Assembly: GCA_001767855.1 (NCBI GenBank)
Contig: MEMF01000002.1
Span: forward strand, 168,893 to 232,892
Direction: 5' to 3'
DNA from: Alphaproteobacteria bacterium RIFCSPHIGHO2_01_FULL_41_14
Lineage (GTDB): Bacteria; Pseudomonadota; Alphaproteobacteria; UBA7879; UBA5542
DNA: 64,000 nt
Position 1 is the first letter of the stretch. Every line of letters begins with the position of its first letter. Below are positions 9,767 to 18,567 of the stretch, in pieces. Position numbers and translations under genes: made by a program. The notes under the pieces were generated by a model. That model did not search any database, had not been told where the DNA came from, and saw only the letters and a list, made by a program, of their open reading frames with translations.

Positions 9767-10810
9767 ATGGATCGATTGATTTCCCCGGAAAGCCTTTTTG
9801 AAGAAGAAAAGATACCCTCCCCTTCTTTGCGCCCTTTAAGGCTGGTTGATTTTGTGGGACAACTTCAATTACGCCAAAATTTGGAAATTTTTATTAAAGC
9901 AGCACGGGGACGTTCGGAAGCTTTAGATCATATCTTGTTTTATGGACCGCCAGGGTTGGGCAAGACGACGCTGGCTCAAATTGTGGCGTGTGAATTGGGG
10001 GTTGGATTCCGGGCAACGTCAGGTGCTATCATTGCACGCGCGGGAGATCTGGCCGCTATTCTGACAAATCTGCAGCCTTATGATGTGTTGTTTATTGACG
10101 AAATTCATAGACTGAACCCTGCTGTGGAAGAAATTCTTTATCCTGCGATGGAGGATGGAAAATTAGACCTCATGATTGGAGAGGGACCTTCTGCAAGATC
10201 TATCCAGATTGATCTTCCCCCTTTTACTTTGGTTGGAGCAACAACCCGCTCAGGTCTTCTCACGCGCCCTCTGCGGGAACGGTTTGGTATCCCTCTTGCT
10301 CTGTCTTTTTATGAACCGGAGGAACTTGCACAGATTATCCTAAAAGCTTCCACGAAAATGGAGTTTCTCATTGGACAGGAGGAAGCTGAAGAAATTGGGT
10401 GTCGAGCGCGAGGGACTCCTCGAGTTGCCTTGCGGCTTTTAAAGAGGGTTCGCGATATCACCTCTGTTTGGGATATAGGCATTGATCGAGAAAAAATAGG
10501 AAAAGCTTTGTGTCAATTAGAGATTGATGAAGAAGGATTTGATGCCTCGGATCGACGGTACATGCAAGTGATCGCAGATCATTACCAGGGGGGGCCTGCA
10601 GGGGTAGAGACTTTGTGTGCGATTCTTTCCGAGCAGAGAGATGTCCTAGAAGAAGTTGTGGAGCCCTACTTGATTCAAAAGGGATTTATCCAACGTACTC
10701 CCCGGGGCAGATTATTAACCAAGACAGCTTTTTCTTTTTTGGGTATCACACCTCCTGCGTCTTTTCAGAACCGGTTAAGTCTGCTGGCAGAAGAAACCAT
10801 AGAAGAATGA
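9767..10810 (+). CDS. ruvB: Holliday junction ATPase RuvB
   Basis: Walker [10 protein letters not shown], Walker [10 protein letters not shown] and a sensor motif. Its ATG directly abuts the ruvA TAA. Confidence 0.95.
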   Translation: MDRLISPESLFEEEKIPSPSLRPLRLVDFVGQLQLRQNLEIFIKAARGRSEALDHILFYGPPGLGKTTLAQIVACELGVGFRATSGAIIARAGDLAAILTNLQPYDVLFIDEIHRLNPAVEEILYPAMEDGKLDLMIGEGPSARSIQIDLPPFTLVGATTRSGLLTRPLRERFGIPLALSFYEPEELAQIILKASTKMEFLIGQEEAEEIGCRARGTPRVALRLLKRVRDITSVWDIGIDREKIGKALCQLEIDEEGFDASDRRYMQVIADHYQGGPAGVETLCAILSEQRDVLEEVVEPYLIQKGFIQRTPRGRLLTKTAFSFLGITPPASFQNRLSLLAEETIEE

Positions 10811-11244
10811 TGTCTGATTCAGGCTGTATTCAAGAAAATATTCACTACTTTGAAGTCCGTGTGTATTATGAGAATACGGATGCAGGAGGTGTGGTCTACC
10901 ATCCCAATTATCTTAATTTTGCTGAACGTGCACGGACAGAATTATTAAGATACTGTGGAATCTCTCAAGAGGAATTAAAGCGTCTTTATGCTTGTGTGTT
11001 GGTGGTAGCGCAGTTAAATATTAAATATGAAAAAGCAGCTCGTCTAGATGACATTATTCAAGTTCGTACAGTGCTTGAGGGGGAGTCGAAGGCGTTGTTT
11101 GACCTCCATCAATCTCTTTGGGTGGGGGATAAACGGATCGCGGATATGAACGTAAGTGTGGTAGCTGTAGATTCAGAATTATGGCATGTTAAGAGGTTGC
11201 CGGAGGAAGTAATCAGAAAAATAAAGGAAAATTTAAATGGTTGA
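10807..11244 (+). CDS. ybgC: Tol-Pal-associated acyl-CoA thioesterase YbgC (4HBT fold)
   Basis: Begins MMSDSG...[30 protein letters not shown]. Its ATG overlaps the ruvB TGA in an ATGA junction. The 10615 ORF in the track is an upstream over-extension. Confidence 0.8.
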   Translation: MMSDSGCIQENIHYFEVRVYYENTDAGGVVYHPNYLNFAERARTELLRYCGISQEELKRLYACVLVVAQLNIKYEKAARLDDIIQVRTVLEGESKALFDLHQSLWVGDKRIADMNVSVVAVDSELWHVKRLPEEVIRKIKENLNG

Positions 11245-11281
11245 TACAAGTTCAGGAAAAGTTTTAGCATCCGGGATAGAG

Positions 11282-11935
11282 ATGACTCAGCATACACACG
11301 GCGTTTGGGATTTGTTTTGGCAAGCGGATCTCTTTGTAAAGTTGATCATGCTGGTTCTTTTGGTTAGCTCTTTTATGAGTTGGGCGATTATTATTTCTAA
11401 AACAAAACAGTTACTCCCTTTGTTGAAGTCCTCAAAATTTTTGGGTCAGTTGATTCATGAGGCCACCACTCTTGGCCATCTTTCAGAGGGAATTAAAAAG
11501 ATGAAAAATGAGCCCCTAAATCGTATTTTTGAAGCCGTTGTTAAAGAAATGAGGCAGGGAGGCTCAAAAGAAGACAAGCTTTCTCAAGCGGATCGATTGA
11601 TGCAATCTGGTATTAGAAATGAGATGGATTCTTTAGAAAGAAACGTCGGATTCTTGGCGACAATGGGATCGGTTACGCCTTTCATTGGGCTTTTGGGGAC
11701 GGTATGGGGGATTATGAATAGCTTTCAATCCATTGCTATGTCTAAGAACACAAGTTTGGACGTGGTGGCTCCTGGCATTGCTGAGGCTTTAGCCGCTACA
11801 GCGTTAGGGCTGTTAGCGGCGATTCCCGCGGTGATTGCCTATAATAAACTTTCCATTTCGTTGGGACACTATGCGGTTCAATTAGAAACTTTTTGTGACC
11901 GTCTTTACATTATCTGTGCGCGAGGAGGTAGGTAA
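11282..11935 (+). CDS. tolQ: Tol-Pal system protein TolQ
   Basis: A MotA/TolQ/ExbB proton-channel protein (WDLFWQADLFVKLIMLVLL...). The start at 11282 (MTQHTHG) is preferred over the track's 11237. Confidence 0.9.
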   Translation: MTQHTHGVWDLFWQADLFVKLIMLVLLVSSFMSWAIIISKTKQLLPLLKSSKFLGQLIHEATTLGHLSEGIKKMKNEPLNRIFEAVVKEMRQGGSKEDKLSQADRLMQSGIRNEMDSLERNVGFLATMGSVTPFIGLLGTVWGIMNSFQSIAMSKNTSLDVVAPGIAEALAATALGLLAAIPAVIAYNKLSISLGHYAVQLETFCDRLYIICARGGR

Positions 11936-12384
11936 TGCAAGGAGGGTTTCGTCCTAGAAGAGCCGGACGCTATCATGGAACCTATCGTCCGGTCAGTGAG
12001 ATTAATGTGACGCCCCTCGTGGACGTTATGTTGGTTTTGCTGATTGTTTTTATGATCTCTGCTCCTTTGTTGACGGTGGGGGTACAAGTGGACTTACCAA
12101 AGACTAAGGCCACCAGCCTTAAAGCCAAAGCGGATCCTCTCGTGTTAACGATTACGGGAAAAAAAGAAGTTTATCTCCAAGAGTCTCCCATTCGACTTGG
12201 CCAACTTATTGTAAGGCTCAATGCCATTACTCGGCGTAATTATGAAGCTCCTGTCTATATCCGGGCCGACCAAAAACTCTCTTATGGACATGTTATGGAA
12301 ATCATGGGCTTGCTTAATGAAGCGGGATATACAAAAGTGTCTCTTGTCTCAAATTCATGGCGCAAGGGCGGTTCCCTTCAATGA
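11935..12384 (+). CDS. tolR: Tol-Pal system protein TolR
   Basis: ExbD/TolR fold (EINVTPLVDVMLVLLIVFM). It joins tolQ through a TAATG overlap. Confidence 0.85.
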   Translation: MQGGFRPRRAGRYHGTYRPVSEINVTPLVDVMLVLLIVFMISAPLLTVGVQVDLPKTKATSLKAKADPLVLTITGKKEVYLQESPIRLGQLIVRLNAITRRNYEAPVYIRADQKLSYGHVMEIMGLLNEAGYTKVSLVSNSWRKGGSLQ

Positions 12385-13220
12385 TTGATCGTCAATCTTT
12401 TTTGATTTCAGGCGGGATCCACCTTTTTTTTATCATTTTGTTACTGATAGGGTTACCCAGCTTTAGGAAAGAGATCTCTCCCACACGTGTGATTGCTGTT
12501 TCCATGGTGCCCATTGATAGCATTACCCAGTCTCCTCAGAAAATGCAAAAAAAAGCCCCGATTCTTAGTGCCTATAAAAAGCCTACGTATAATATGGGAA
12601 AGCCTTTGGTTCAAAAAAAAATGCCTGTAGTGAAACCAGAGCCGGCCAAAAAAATCACGCAACTTACCCCCCTGCCCCCAAAGCCTATTCCATTGAAGAC
12701 ATCAAAGCCAGAATCTGAACCCAAGAAATCTCCTAAAGTCTTAGAAGAAAAACCGAAACCAGTAGAAAAAGAAGTAGCGCAAGCGCCTAAGAAGTCAAGT
12801 GACCCATTTGAATCGGTTTTGCAATCAGTTCAAGAATTTGACAAACAACCAAGTCCGCAAGAAAAAACAATGGATAACAGAGCCTTTGATGCGGATTTAA
12901 TTTCAAACAAAATCAGCTTGTCAGAATTGGATGCCCTGAGGCAACAGATTCAACAATGTTGGCTTGTTCCCCCGACAGTAATGGCGGAAAAAGATTTGAT
13001 GGTAGAGGCGGCCATTGATTTGGACGTACGAGGTACGGTAACAGAGATTAAAATTTTGAACCAGAAAGATGCCAAAAAATTTCGGTCTTTTCAAGAGGCG
13101 GTCCAGAGCGTGCGGCATGCTTTACGGGCGCCAGAGTGCTCCCCTTTAAAGCTGCCTCCAGATAAGTATCACCAATGGAAAAAATGTGTTTTACGATTTA
13201 GCCCAAGAGGAATTGTCTAA
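12381..13220 (+). CDS. tolA: TolA-like cell-envelope integrity protein
   Basis: An N-terminal transmembrane helix, then a Pro/Lys-rich spacer (PLPPKPIPLKTSKPESEPKK), then a TolA_III/TonB_C-like C-terminus. Its ATG overlaps the tolR TGA in an ATGA junction. Confidence 0.65.
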   Translation: MIDRQSFLISGGIHLFFIILLLIGLPSFRKEISPTRVIAVSMVPIDSITQSPQKMQKKAPILSAYKKPTYNMGKPLVQKKMPVVKPEPAKKITQLTPLPPKPIPLKTSKPESEPKKSPKVLEEKPKPVEKEVAQAPKKSSDPFESVLQSVQEFDKQPSPQEKTMDNRAFDADLISNKISLSELDALRQQIQQCWLVPPTVMAEKDLMVEAAIDLDVRGTVTEIKILNQKDAKKFRSFQEAVQSVRHALRAPECSPLKLPPDKYHQWKKCVLRFSPRGIV

Positions 13221-14537
13221 ATGAAAAAAATTCTATTTCTTTTATGGTGTGCCTGGATGCCTCTTCTGTTGTATAGCGAGGTGGTGGTTGATATTGATCA
13301 GGGGCAGGTAAAACCTTTTCCTCTCGCCGTTCTTCCCTTTCAAGGGAACACCAAGATATCAGAGCAAATTCGGTCTGTGGTGATAGAAGATTTAGAGCGA
13401 TCTGGTTTTGTTGAGGTATTGGATCCAAATTCTTACATACAGACCAATCTCGACTTGCAGACGACCCCTAGATTTGAAGATTGGAAACTGATCAACAGTC
13501 GTGGGTTGGTCGTAGGAGAAGTCTTGGAACGTGGAAAAATTCTAACCGTGCGGTTTAAGTTTTGGGATGTGTATGAACAGTCTCTTTCAGTTGAATTTGA
13601 ATTCAAGACAGACATGAAACATTGGAGACGTATTGCTCACCTAACGGCTAATAAAATTTACAAGGTGATTACGGGGGAAGAAGGGTACTTTGATACGCGT
13701 ATTATCTATGTATCAGAAAGGGGGCCACAGAAAAAACGCATCAAACGTCTTGCTATTATGGATCAGGATGGGGCGAATCATAAGTATTTAACCAATGGGG
13801 ACGCTTCTGTTATTACGCCCCGTTTTTCTCCCAATTCTCAGAAAATAGTCTATATGTCGTATGAGACTCACTTAAGACAAGCAAAAGTTCATCAGCTTGA
13901 TTTAGAAACGGGAAAAACGTCTTTGGTGGGAATTTTTGAGGGTATTACCTATGCGCCCCGTTTTTCTCCAGATGGGTCTAAAGTCATTATGAGCCAGGCC
14001 TATAAAGGATCGTCAAGTCTATATGAAGTGGACTTAGCAACACAGAAAGCTAAGCGTCTGACAACTGATGATGTGATTGATACGTCCCCTTGCTACTCTC
14101 CGGATGGGACTGAAATAATTTTCAACTCAGATCGAGGGGGAACAAAACAACTTTATGTGATGAGTTCGACGGGGCAAAATATCCGACGCATTAGCTTTGG
14201 CGGGGGGGTATATGCAACCCCTGTTTGGTCGCCAGATGGAGAATGGATTGCTTTTACAAAAGTAGAAAATGGGCAGTTTTTTATCGGCTTAATGAAGCCA
14301 GATGGTTCAGAGGAACGATTAATCTCCACAGGATTTTTAGTCGAAGGTCCGACGTGGGCTCCCAACAGCCGATTATTAGTCTTTTATAATCAAGAGCGCT
14401 GGGGAAAAAATGGGACAGGTGGAAAAGCCAGTCTTTATACAATTCACGTGAGTGGACGCAACAAAAAAATAATTCAGACACCTGAAGATGCTACAGATCC
14501 TGCTTGGTCTCCACCCCTTCCTTTCGACCAAATTTAA
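13221..14537 (+). CDS. tolB: Tol-Pal system beta-propeller protein TolB
   Basis: Signal peptide, TolB N-terminal domain, and repeated YSPDG/WSPDG beta-propeller blades. The ATG abuts the tolA TAA. Confidence 0.9.
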   Translation: MKKILFLLWCAWMPLLLYSEVVVDIDQGQVKPFPLAVLPFQGNTKISEQIRSVVIEDLERSGFVEVLDPNSYIQTNLDLQTTPRFEDWKLINSRGLVVGEVLERGKILTVRFKFWDVYEQSLSVEFEFKTDMKHWRRIAHLTANKIYKVITGEEGYFDTRIIYVSERGPQKKRIKRLAIMDQDGANHKYLTNGDASVITPRFSPNSQKIVYMSYETHLRQAKVHQLDLETGKTSLVGIFEGITYAPRFSPDGSKVIMSQAYKGSSSLYEVDLATQKAKRLTTDDVIDTSPCYSPDGTEIIFNSDRGGTKQLYVMSSTGQNIRRISFGGGVYATPVWSPDGEWIAFTKVENGQFFIGLMKPDGSEERLISTGFLVEGPTWAPNSRLLVFYNQERWGKNGTGGKASLYTIHVSGRNKKIIQTPEDATDPAWSPPLPFDQI

Positions 14538-14580
14538 ATTCCTGCTTGTCTAAGTTCCAAAATCGTATGATCATAAAATT

Positions 14581-15906
14581 ATGAATGAATTATTTTATAA
14601 ACTTCCTGAGTATTTTATTTACTTTAACGATGAAATATTGTGGGGATATGTTGGCATATCTTTAATATTCTTTTCAATTATTTATTTATCGTTCAAATCC
14701 AGATTTCTTCAAGTTGTTCAGTTTCCAAAAATATTGAGTTATTTTTTTCAGTCATCTAAAGAAACCATCACAGATGAACCAGGCACCTCTTCTTTAAAAG
14801 TTTTTTTCGCTTCTCTTGGGGGATGTATCGGTATTGGAAATTTGGCTACCGTTGCTGTTGCCATAAAAGTAGGCGGACCAGGCGCTCTGTTTTGGGTGTG
14901 TGTTGTATCTTTTTTAGGATCTATTATTAAATATAGTGAAATTTTCCTGGGCCTAAAATTTAGGGTTCGAAACGCCTACAAAGGGTATGATGGTGGTCCC
15001 ATGTACTATTTGCAAAAAGCCTTTCCCACTCAAAGATGGCTTCCGATTCTCTGTTGCATTTTTTTAGGTATCTACGGAGTAGACATTTATATGTTCACCG
15101 TCATCAAAACGTCTTTTGTTGCTAATTTCAATTTAGAAACGACACCCACCATGGTGGTGTTATTGTCTCTTATCATACTCAGTGTTGTGGGGGGTATTCG
15201 ACGTGTGGGGGCTATTGCTATGTTTTTTCTTCCCGCCTTTATGATCGTTTACGCTAGTATGAGTGTTTGGGTTTTTGTTGAAAATTCTGCCATCTTTCCT
15301 GCCATGTTAAAAACAATTTTTATTTCTGCTTTTACCGGTCATGCCGCCATGGGCGGGTTTATGGGCAGCACCGTTCTTCTGACCATGTCTAAGGGAATGT
15401 CCAGTGCGGCGTATGCAAGTGATTTGGGATCAGGTCTCGCCTCTGTTTTGCAAAGCGAAGTATCAAGCCAAGATATTCAAAAACAGGCGAGCCTTTCTGT
15501 TTTTGTGGTCTTTTTAAATACATTTGTTGTGTGTTTGTGTAGCATGTTGTTGGTATTGGTGACAGGAGCCTGGACATCCCCGATTATGGATGGAGGCCTC
15601 TTAATCCAAGAGGCCCTTAATCGTAGTTTTTCTAATATGAACTACTTTATGCCCTTTTTTTTATTTGCTGTAGGATATCCCAGTTTGATTTCGAGTTTAT
15701 TGGTTGGCGTAAAGGCGGCACGATTCATTCACCCTGTGTGGGGGGCCTGCGTATACTATATTTATGCGGTGTGTGTGTTCATTATCTTTTCTTATTTTAA
15801 TTCTTACTACGCTCTGATTTTTTTAATCTTGGCCGGGGGATTCCTAAATGCTATGAATATTTTAGGTATCTTGAAACTGCGAAAACATATCGACTTTACT
15901 TTGTAG
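14581..15906 (+). CDS. alanine/glycine:cation symporter (AGCS family)
   Basis: 441-aa polytopic protein with the AGCS N-terminal signature (GGCIGIGNLATVAVAIKVGGPGALFWV..SFLG). Confidence 0.75.
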   Translation: MNELFYKLPEYFIYFNDEILWGYVGISLIFFSIIYLSFKSRFLQVVQFPKILSYFFQSSKETITDEPGTSSLKVFFASLGGCIGIGNLATVAVAIKVGGPGALFWVCVVSFLGSIIKYSEIFLGLKFRVRNAYKGYDGGPMYYLQKAFPTQRWLPILCCIFLGIYGVDIYMFTVIKTSFVANFNLETTPTMVVLLSLIILSVVGGIRRVGAIAMFFLPAFMIVYASMSVWVFVENSAIFPAMLKTIFISAFTGHAAMGGFMGSTVLLTMSKGMSSAAYASDLGSGLASVLQSEVSSQDIQKQASLSVFVVFLNTFVVCLCSMLLVLVTGAWTSPIMDGGLLIQEALNRSFSNMNYFMPFFLFAVGYPSLISSLLVGVKAARFIHPVWGACVYYIYAVCVFIIFSYFNSYYALIFLILAGGFLNAMNILGILKLRKHIDFTL

Positions 15907-15912
15907 GCCCTC

Positions 15913-17226
15913 ATGAAAAAAAAACTTGGATTTTGGTCTGTTCTCTCTTTAGTGGTGGGAAACATGGTAGGTGTGGGCATCTTTATCATGCCGTCTATAT
16001 TGGCTCCCTATGGGAGCCTTAGCCTGTTAGGCTGGGTGTTAACCTTAGGTGGGGCCTTGTTTATCGCCCTTGTTTTTTCTAAGCTTTCTTCCGTCTTGCC
16101 CTCCGTTGGGGGCCCCTATGCGTATGCACGTGCTGGGTTTGGAGATTTTATTGGGTTTCAAACGGCGTGGACTTATTGGATTTCTCTATGGGTGGGTAGC
16201 ACAGCTACCATCGTGAGTACGTTAGGATATATATCTATTTTGTGGCCTAAAATTGCCACTGATCCCATCTTTAGTTTTGGGACTGGATTAGGCATTATTT
16301 GGGTCTTAACGCTCATTAACTTAATCAGTATTTCCTTTGCGGGACGGTTCCAACTTATTATAACGATCGTTAAATTATTGCCGTTGGCTTTAGTGTTTTT
16401 CTTTGCGATTCCCCATGTCAACCTTGAGAATTTTGCACTGATTAATCCCAGTGGAAAACCACCACTGATGGGGCTCATTGAGGTTGGGGCTCTGACCATG
16501 TGGGGGTTTATCGGATTAGAATCTGCAACCATTCCAGCTGACTATGTGGAAAACCCTAAAAAAACAATTTCTCGGGCCACTATTTTGGGTGTCCTGATTG
16601 TTGGATTTCTGTATATTTCCATCTCTTCCTTGATCATTGGATTGGTGCCCAATGATGTGTTACAGAAATCGCCCGCCTCTTTTGCCTTAGCGGCAGGCAC
16701 TATTTTTGGAAAGGGGGGAGCTCTCTTTGTGGCTTGTGCTGCGGTATTGGGGGGAGTGGGTTCACTAAACGGATGGTTTTTGATCCAGGCTCAAATCCCC
16801 TTGGCGGCAGCACGAGACAGATTATTTCCTAAAAGATTTCAAAAAATAACATCAAATGGAACGCCCATTTTTAGTTTACTATCGACAGCGATCTTGATGT
16901 CCGCTTTGCTTTTTATGAATTATAATAAAAACCTAATTCAGACCTTTCACTTTATGGTGACTCTGGCAACTCTTTCTATTTTGATCACCTATCTCTTTTC
17001 TGTCTTGTCTGAGCTTATGTTGTTCTTAGAGAAACCTCAGAAATTTCGGAAAAGGGATTTGGCAAAAGCGTTGGCTCTTACTGTTCCCGCAACGGCCTAT
17101 ATTTTGGTTGCCTTGATTGGAGCGGGACAAGAGATTATGATGTGGGGCAGCTTCATGTTCTTTGCCAGCGCGCCTATTTATATTCTGGTGAAATGGCAGA
17201 ATAGATCTTATCCTTTAACGCCTTGA
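15913..17226 (+). CDS. APC-family amino acid permease or antiporter
   Basis: 12 transmembrane helices and the GVGIF..PS APC signature near the N-terminus. Confidence 0.75.
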   Translation: MKKKLGFWSVLSLVVGNMVGVGIFIMPSILAPYGSLSLLGWVLTLGGALFIALVFSKLSSVLPSVGGPYAYARAGFGDFIGFQTAWTYWISLWVGSTATIVSTLGYISILWPKIATDPIFSFGTGLGIIWVLTLINLISISFAGRFQLIITIVKLLPLALVFFFAIPHVNLENFALINPSGKPPLMGLIEVGALTMWGFIGLESATIPADYVENPKKTISRATILGVLIVGFLYISISSLIIGLVPNDVLQKSPASFALAAGTIFGKGGALFVACAAVLGGVGSLNGWFLIQAQIPLAAARDRLFPKRFQKITSNGTPIFSLLSTAILMSALLFMNYNKNLIQTFHFMVTLATLSILITYLFSVLSELMLFLEKPQKFRKRDLAKALALTVPATAYILVALIGAGQEIMMWGSFMFFASAPIYILVKWQNRSYPLTP

Positions 17227-18509
17227 ACAAGAACATGGTTCTTCTTTCCAGCTGATAGACGGAGCGTATGATGACTCTGAAGATGAGTTTCATTGATTAT
17301 GAAATCTTCTTGGGTAATCTTCTGTCCATTAATAGCGCAGCCATTCCCGCGAATCAAGCGGCGGGCCTCTCCGTTGCTTTGGGCAAGGTGTGCTTGAACA
17401 AGCAACGTAACAATGGGGATACCCTCTTCCAAATCCGTTTCTTTTATCTGGATGATAGGCAGTGAGGATTTGAGAACACTGTTCCCTTGAGCATCGACGC
17501 CGTCTATTTCTATTTCGAACTGATCCGCTTCAAATAGTGTTTGAATGGTGGCATGGATGGCAGGCAGGGCGTCTCTCCCATGGGCCAAGATTGTGGCTTC
17601 ATCAGCGAGGCGTATTTTGAGTTTATTCAATTCTGTGCCGGAGAGGTTGGTATGGGCATCGATTTCGGCAACAGAAATATCTGTATAAATCTTAAGAAAT
17701 TTGAGAACATTCTCATCTTCCACATTCCGCCAAAACTGCCAGTAATCGTAAGGGGATAAATTTTCGGCATTGAGCCAAACAGCGCCCTTTTCTGTTTTCC
17801 CCATCTTTTGTCCGCTAGCTGTAGTCAGTAGAGGGCAGGTGAGACCAAAGGCTTCTTTTTGGGCCATGCGACGAACTAAATCTACGCCGCTCACGATATT
17901 ACCCCATTGATCTGATCCTCCGCATTCCAACATACAATCGTACTGTTTATTGAGGTAAAAAAAGTCATAGGCTTGTAGTACCATGTAGTTAAATTCGAGG
18001 AAGGTGAGGGCCTGTTCACGCTCGAGTCGCAGGCGAACACTATCGAAGGTCAACATACGGTTGACAGAAATAAAACGACCCACATCCCGGAGGAGATCAA
18101 GATATTTGATTTGTCCAAGCCAGGTATCGTTGTTTAATAGAATGGCCTTATGGGGACCCGAATCAAAATCCAGATACTTTGTGAAGACGCCTTTGATAGT
18201 GGAGATATTCTGTGTGATCGTTTCTTCTGTCAAAAGGGGACGTGCTGTGTCTTTCCATGTGGGGTCCCCGAGGCGTGTGGTGGCTCCCCCCATAATAACA
18301 ATAGGACGATGACCATGACGTTGCGCAATGCGCATGATCATGATTAGCATTAGGTTGCCCACGTGCAAGCTAGGAGCTGATGCATCATAGCCAATATAAA
18401 AAGTAATGGATTTTTCAGCAGTTAGAGCATCAAGCCCTTCCAGGTTGGTACCCTGGTGAATCAGTCCGCGGCTTTCAAGCTCTTGTAGAAAAGGAGATGT
18501 AAATCTCAT
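17208..18509 (-). CDS. tyrS: tyrosyl-tRNA synthetase
   Basis: HIGH-like motif HVGN, KMSKS-like KMGKT, and a C-terminal S4 domain. It is convergent with the APC gene and overlaps it by 19 nt. Confidence 0.9.
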   Translation of the reverse strand: MRFTSPFLQELESRGLIHQGTNLEGLDALTAEKSITFYIGYDASAPSLHVGNLMLIMIMRIAQRHGHRPIVIMGGATTRLGDPTWKDTARPLLTEETITQNISTIKGVFTKYLDFDSGPHKAILLNNDTWLGQIKYLDLLRDVGRFISVNRMLTFDSVRLRLEREQALTFLEFNYMVLQAYDFFYLNKQYDCMLECGGSDQWGNIVSGVDLVRRMAQKEAFGLTCPLLTTASGQKMGKTEKGAVWLNAENLSPYDYWQFWRNVEDENVLKFLKIYTDISVAEIDAHTNLSGTELNKLKIRLADEATILAHGRDALPAIHATIQTLFEADQFEIEIDGVDAQGNSVLKSSLPIIQIKETDLEEGIPIVTLLVQAHLAQSNGEARRLIRGNGCAINGQKITQEDFIINETHLQSHHTLRLSAGKKNHVLVQGVKG

Positions 18510-18567
18510 AGAGTTCCTTTCAAAGAATCATTTTATATGTATCTAAAATGAGGCGGAGAATCAAGGA

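Noticed and set aside
10615-10806. N-terminal 64 codons of the track's 209-aa ORF (alternative start for ybgC)
   Set aside because: This frame overlaps the conserved C-terminus of ruvB. The YbgC homology only begins at MMSDSG (10807), whose ATG is coupled to the ruvB stop.
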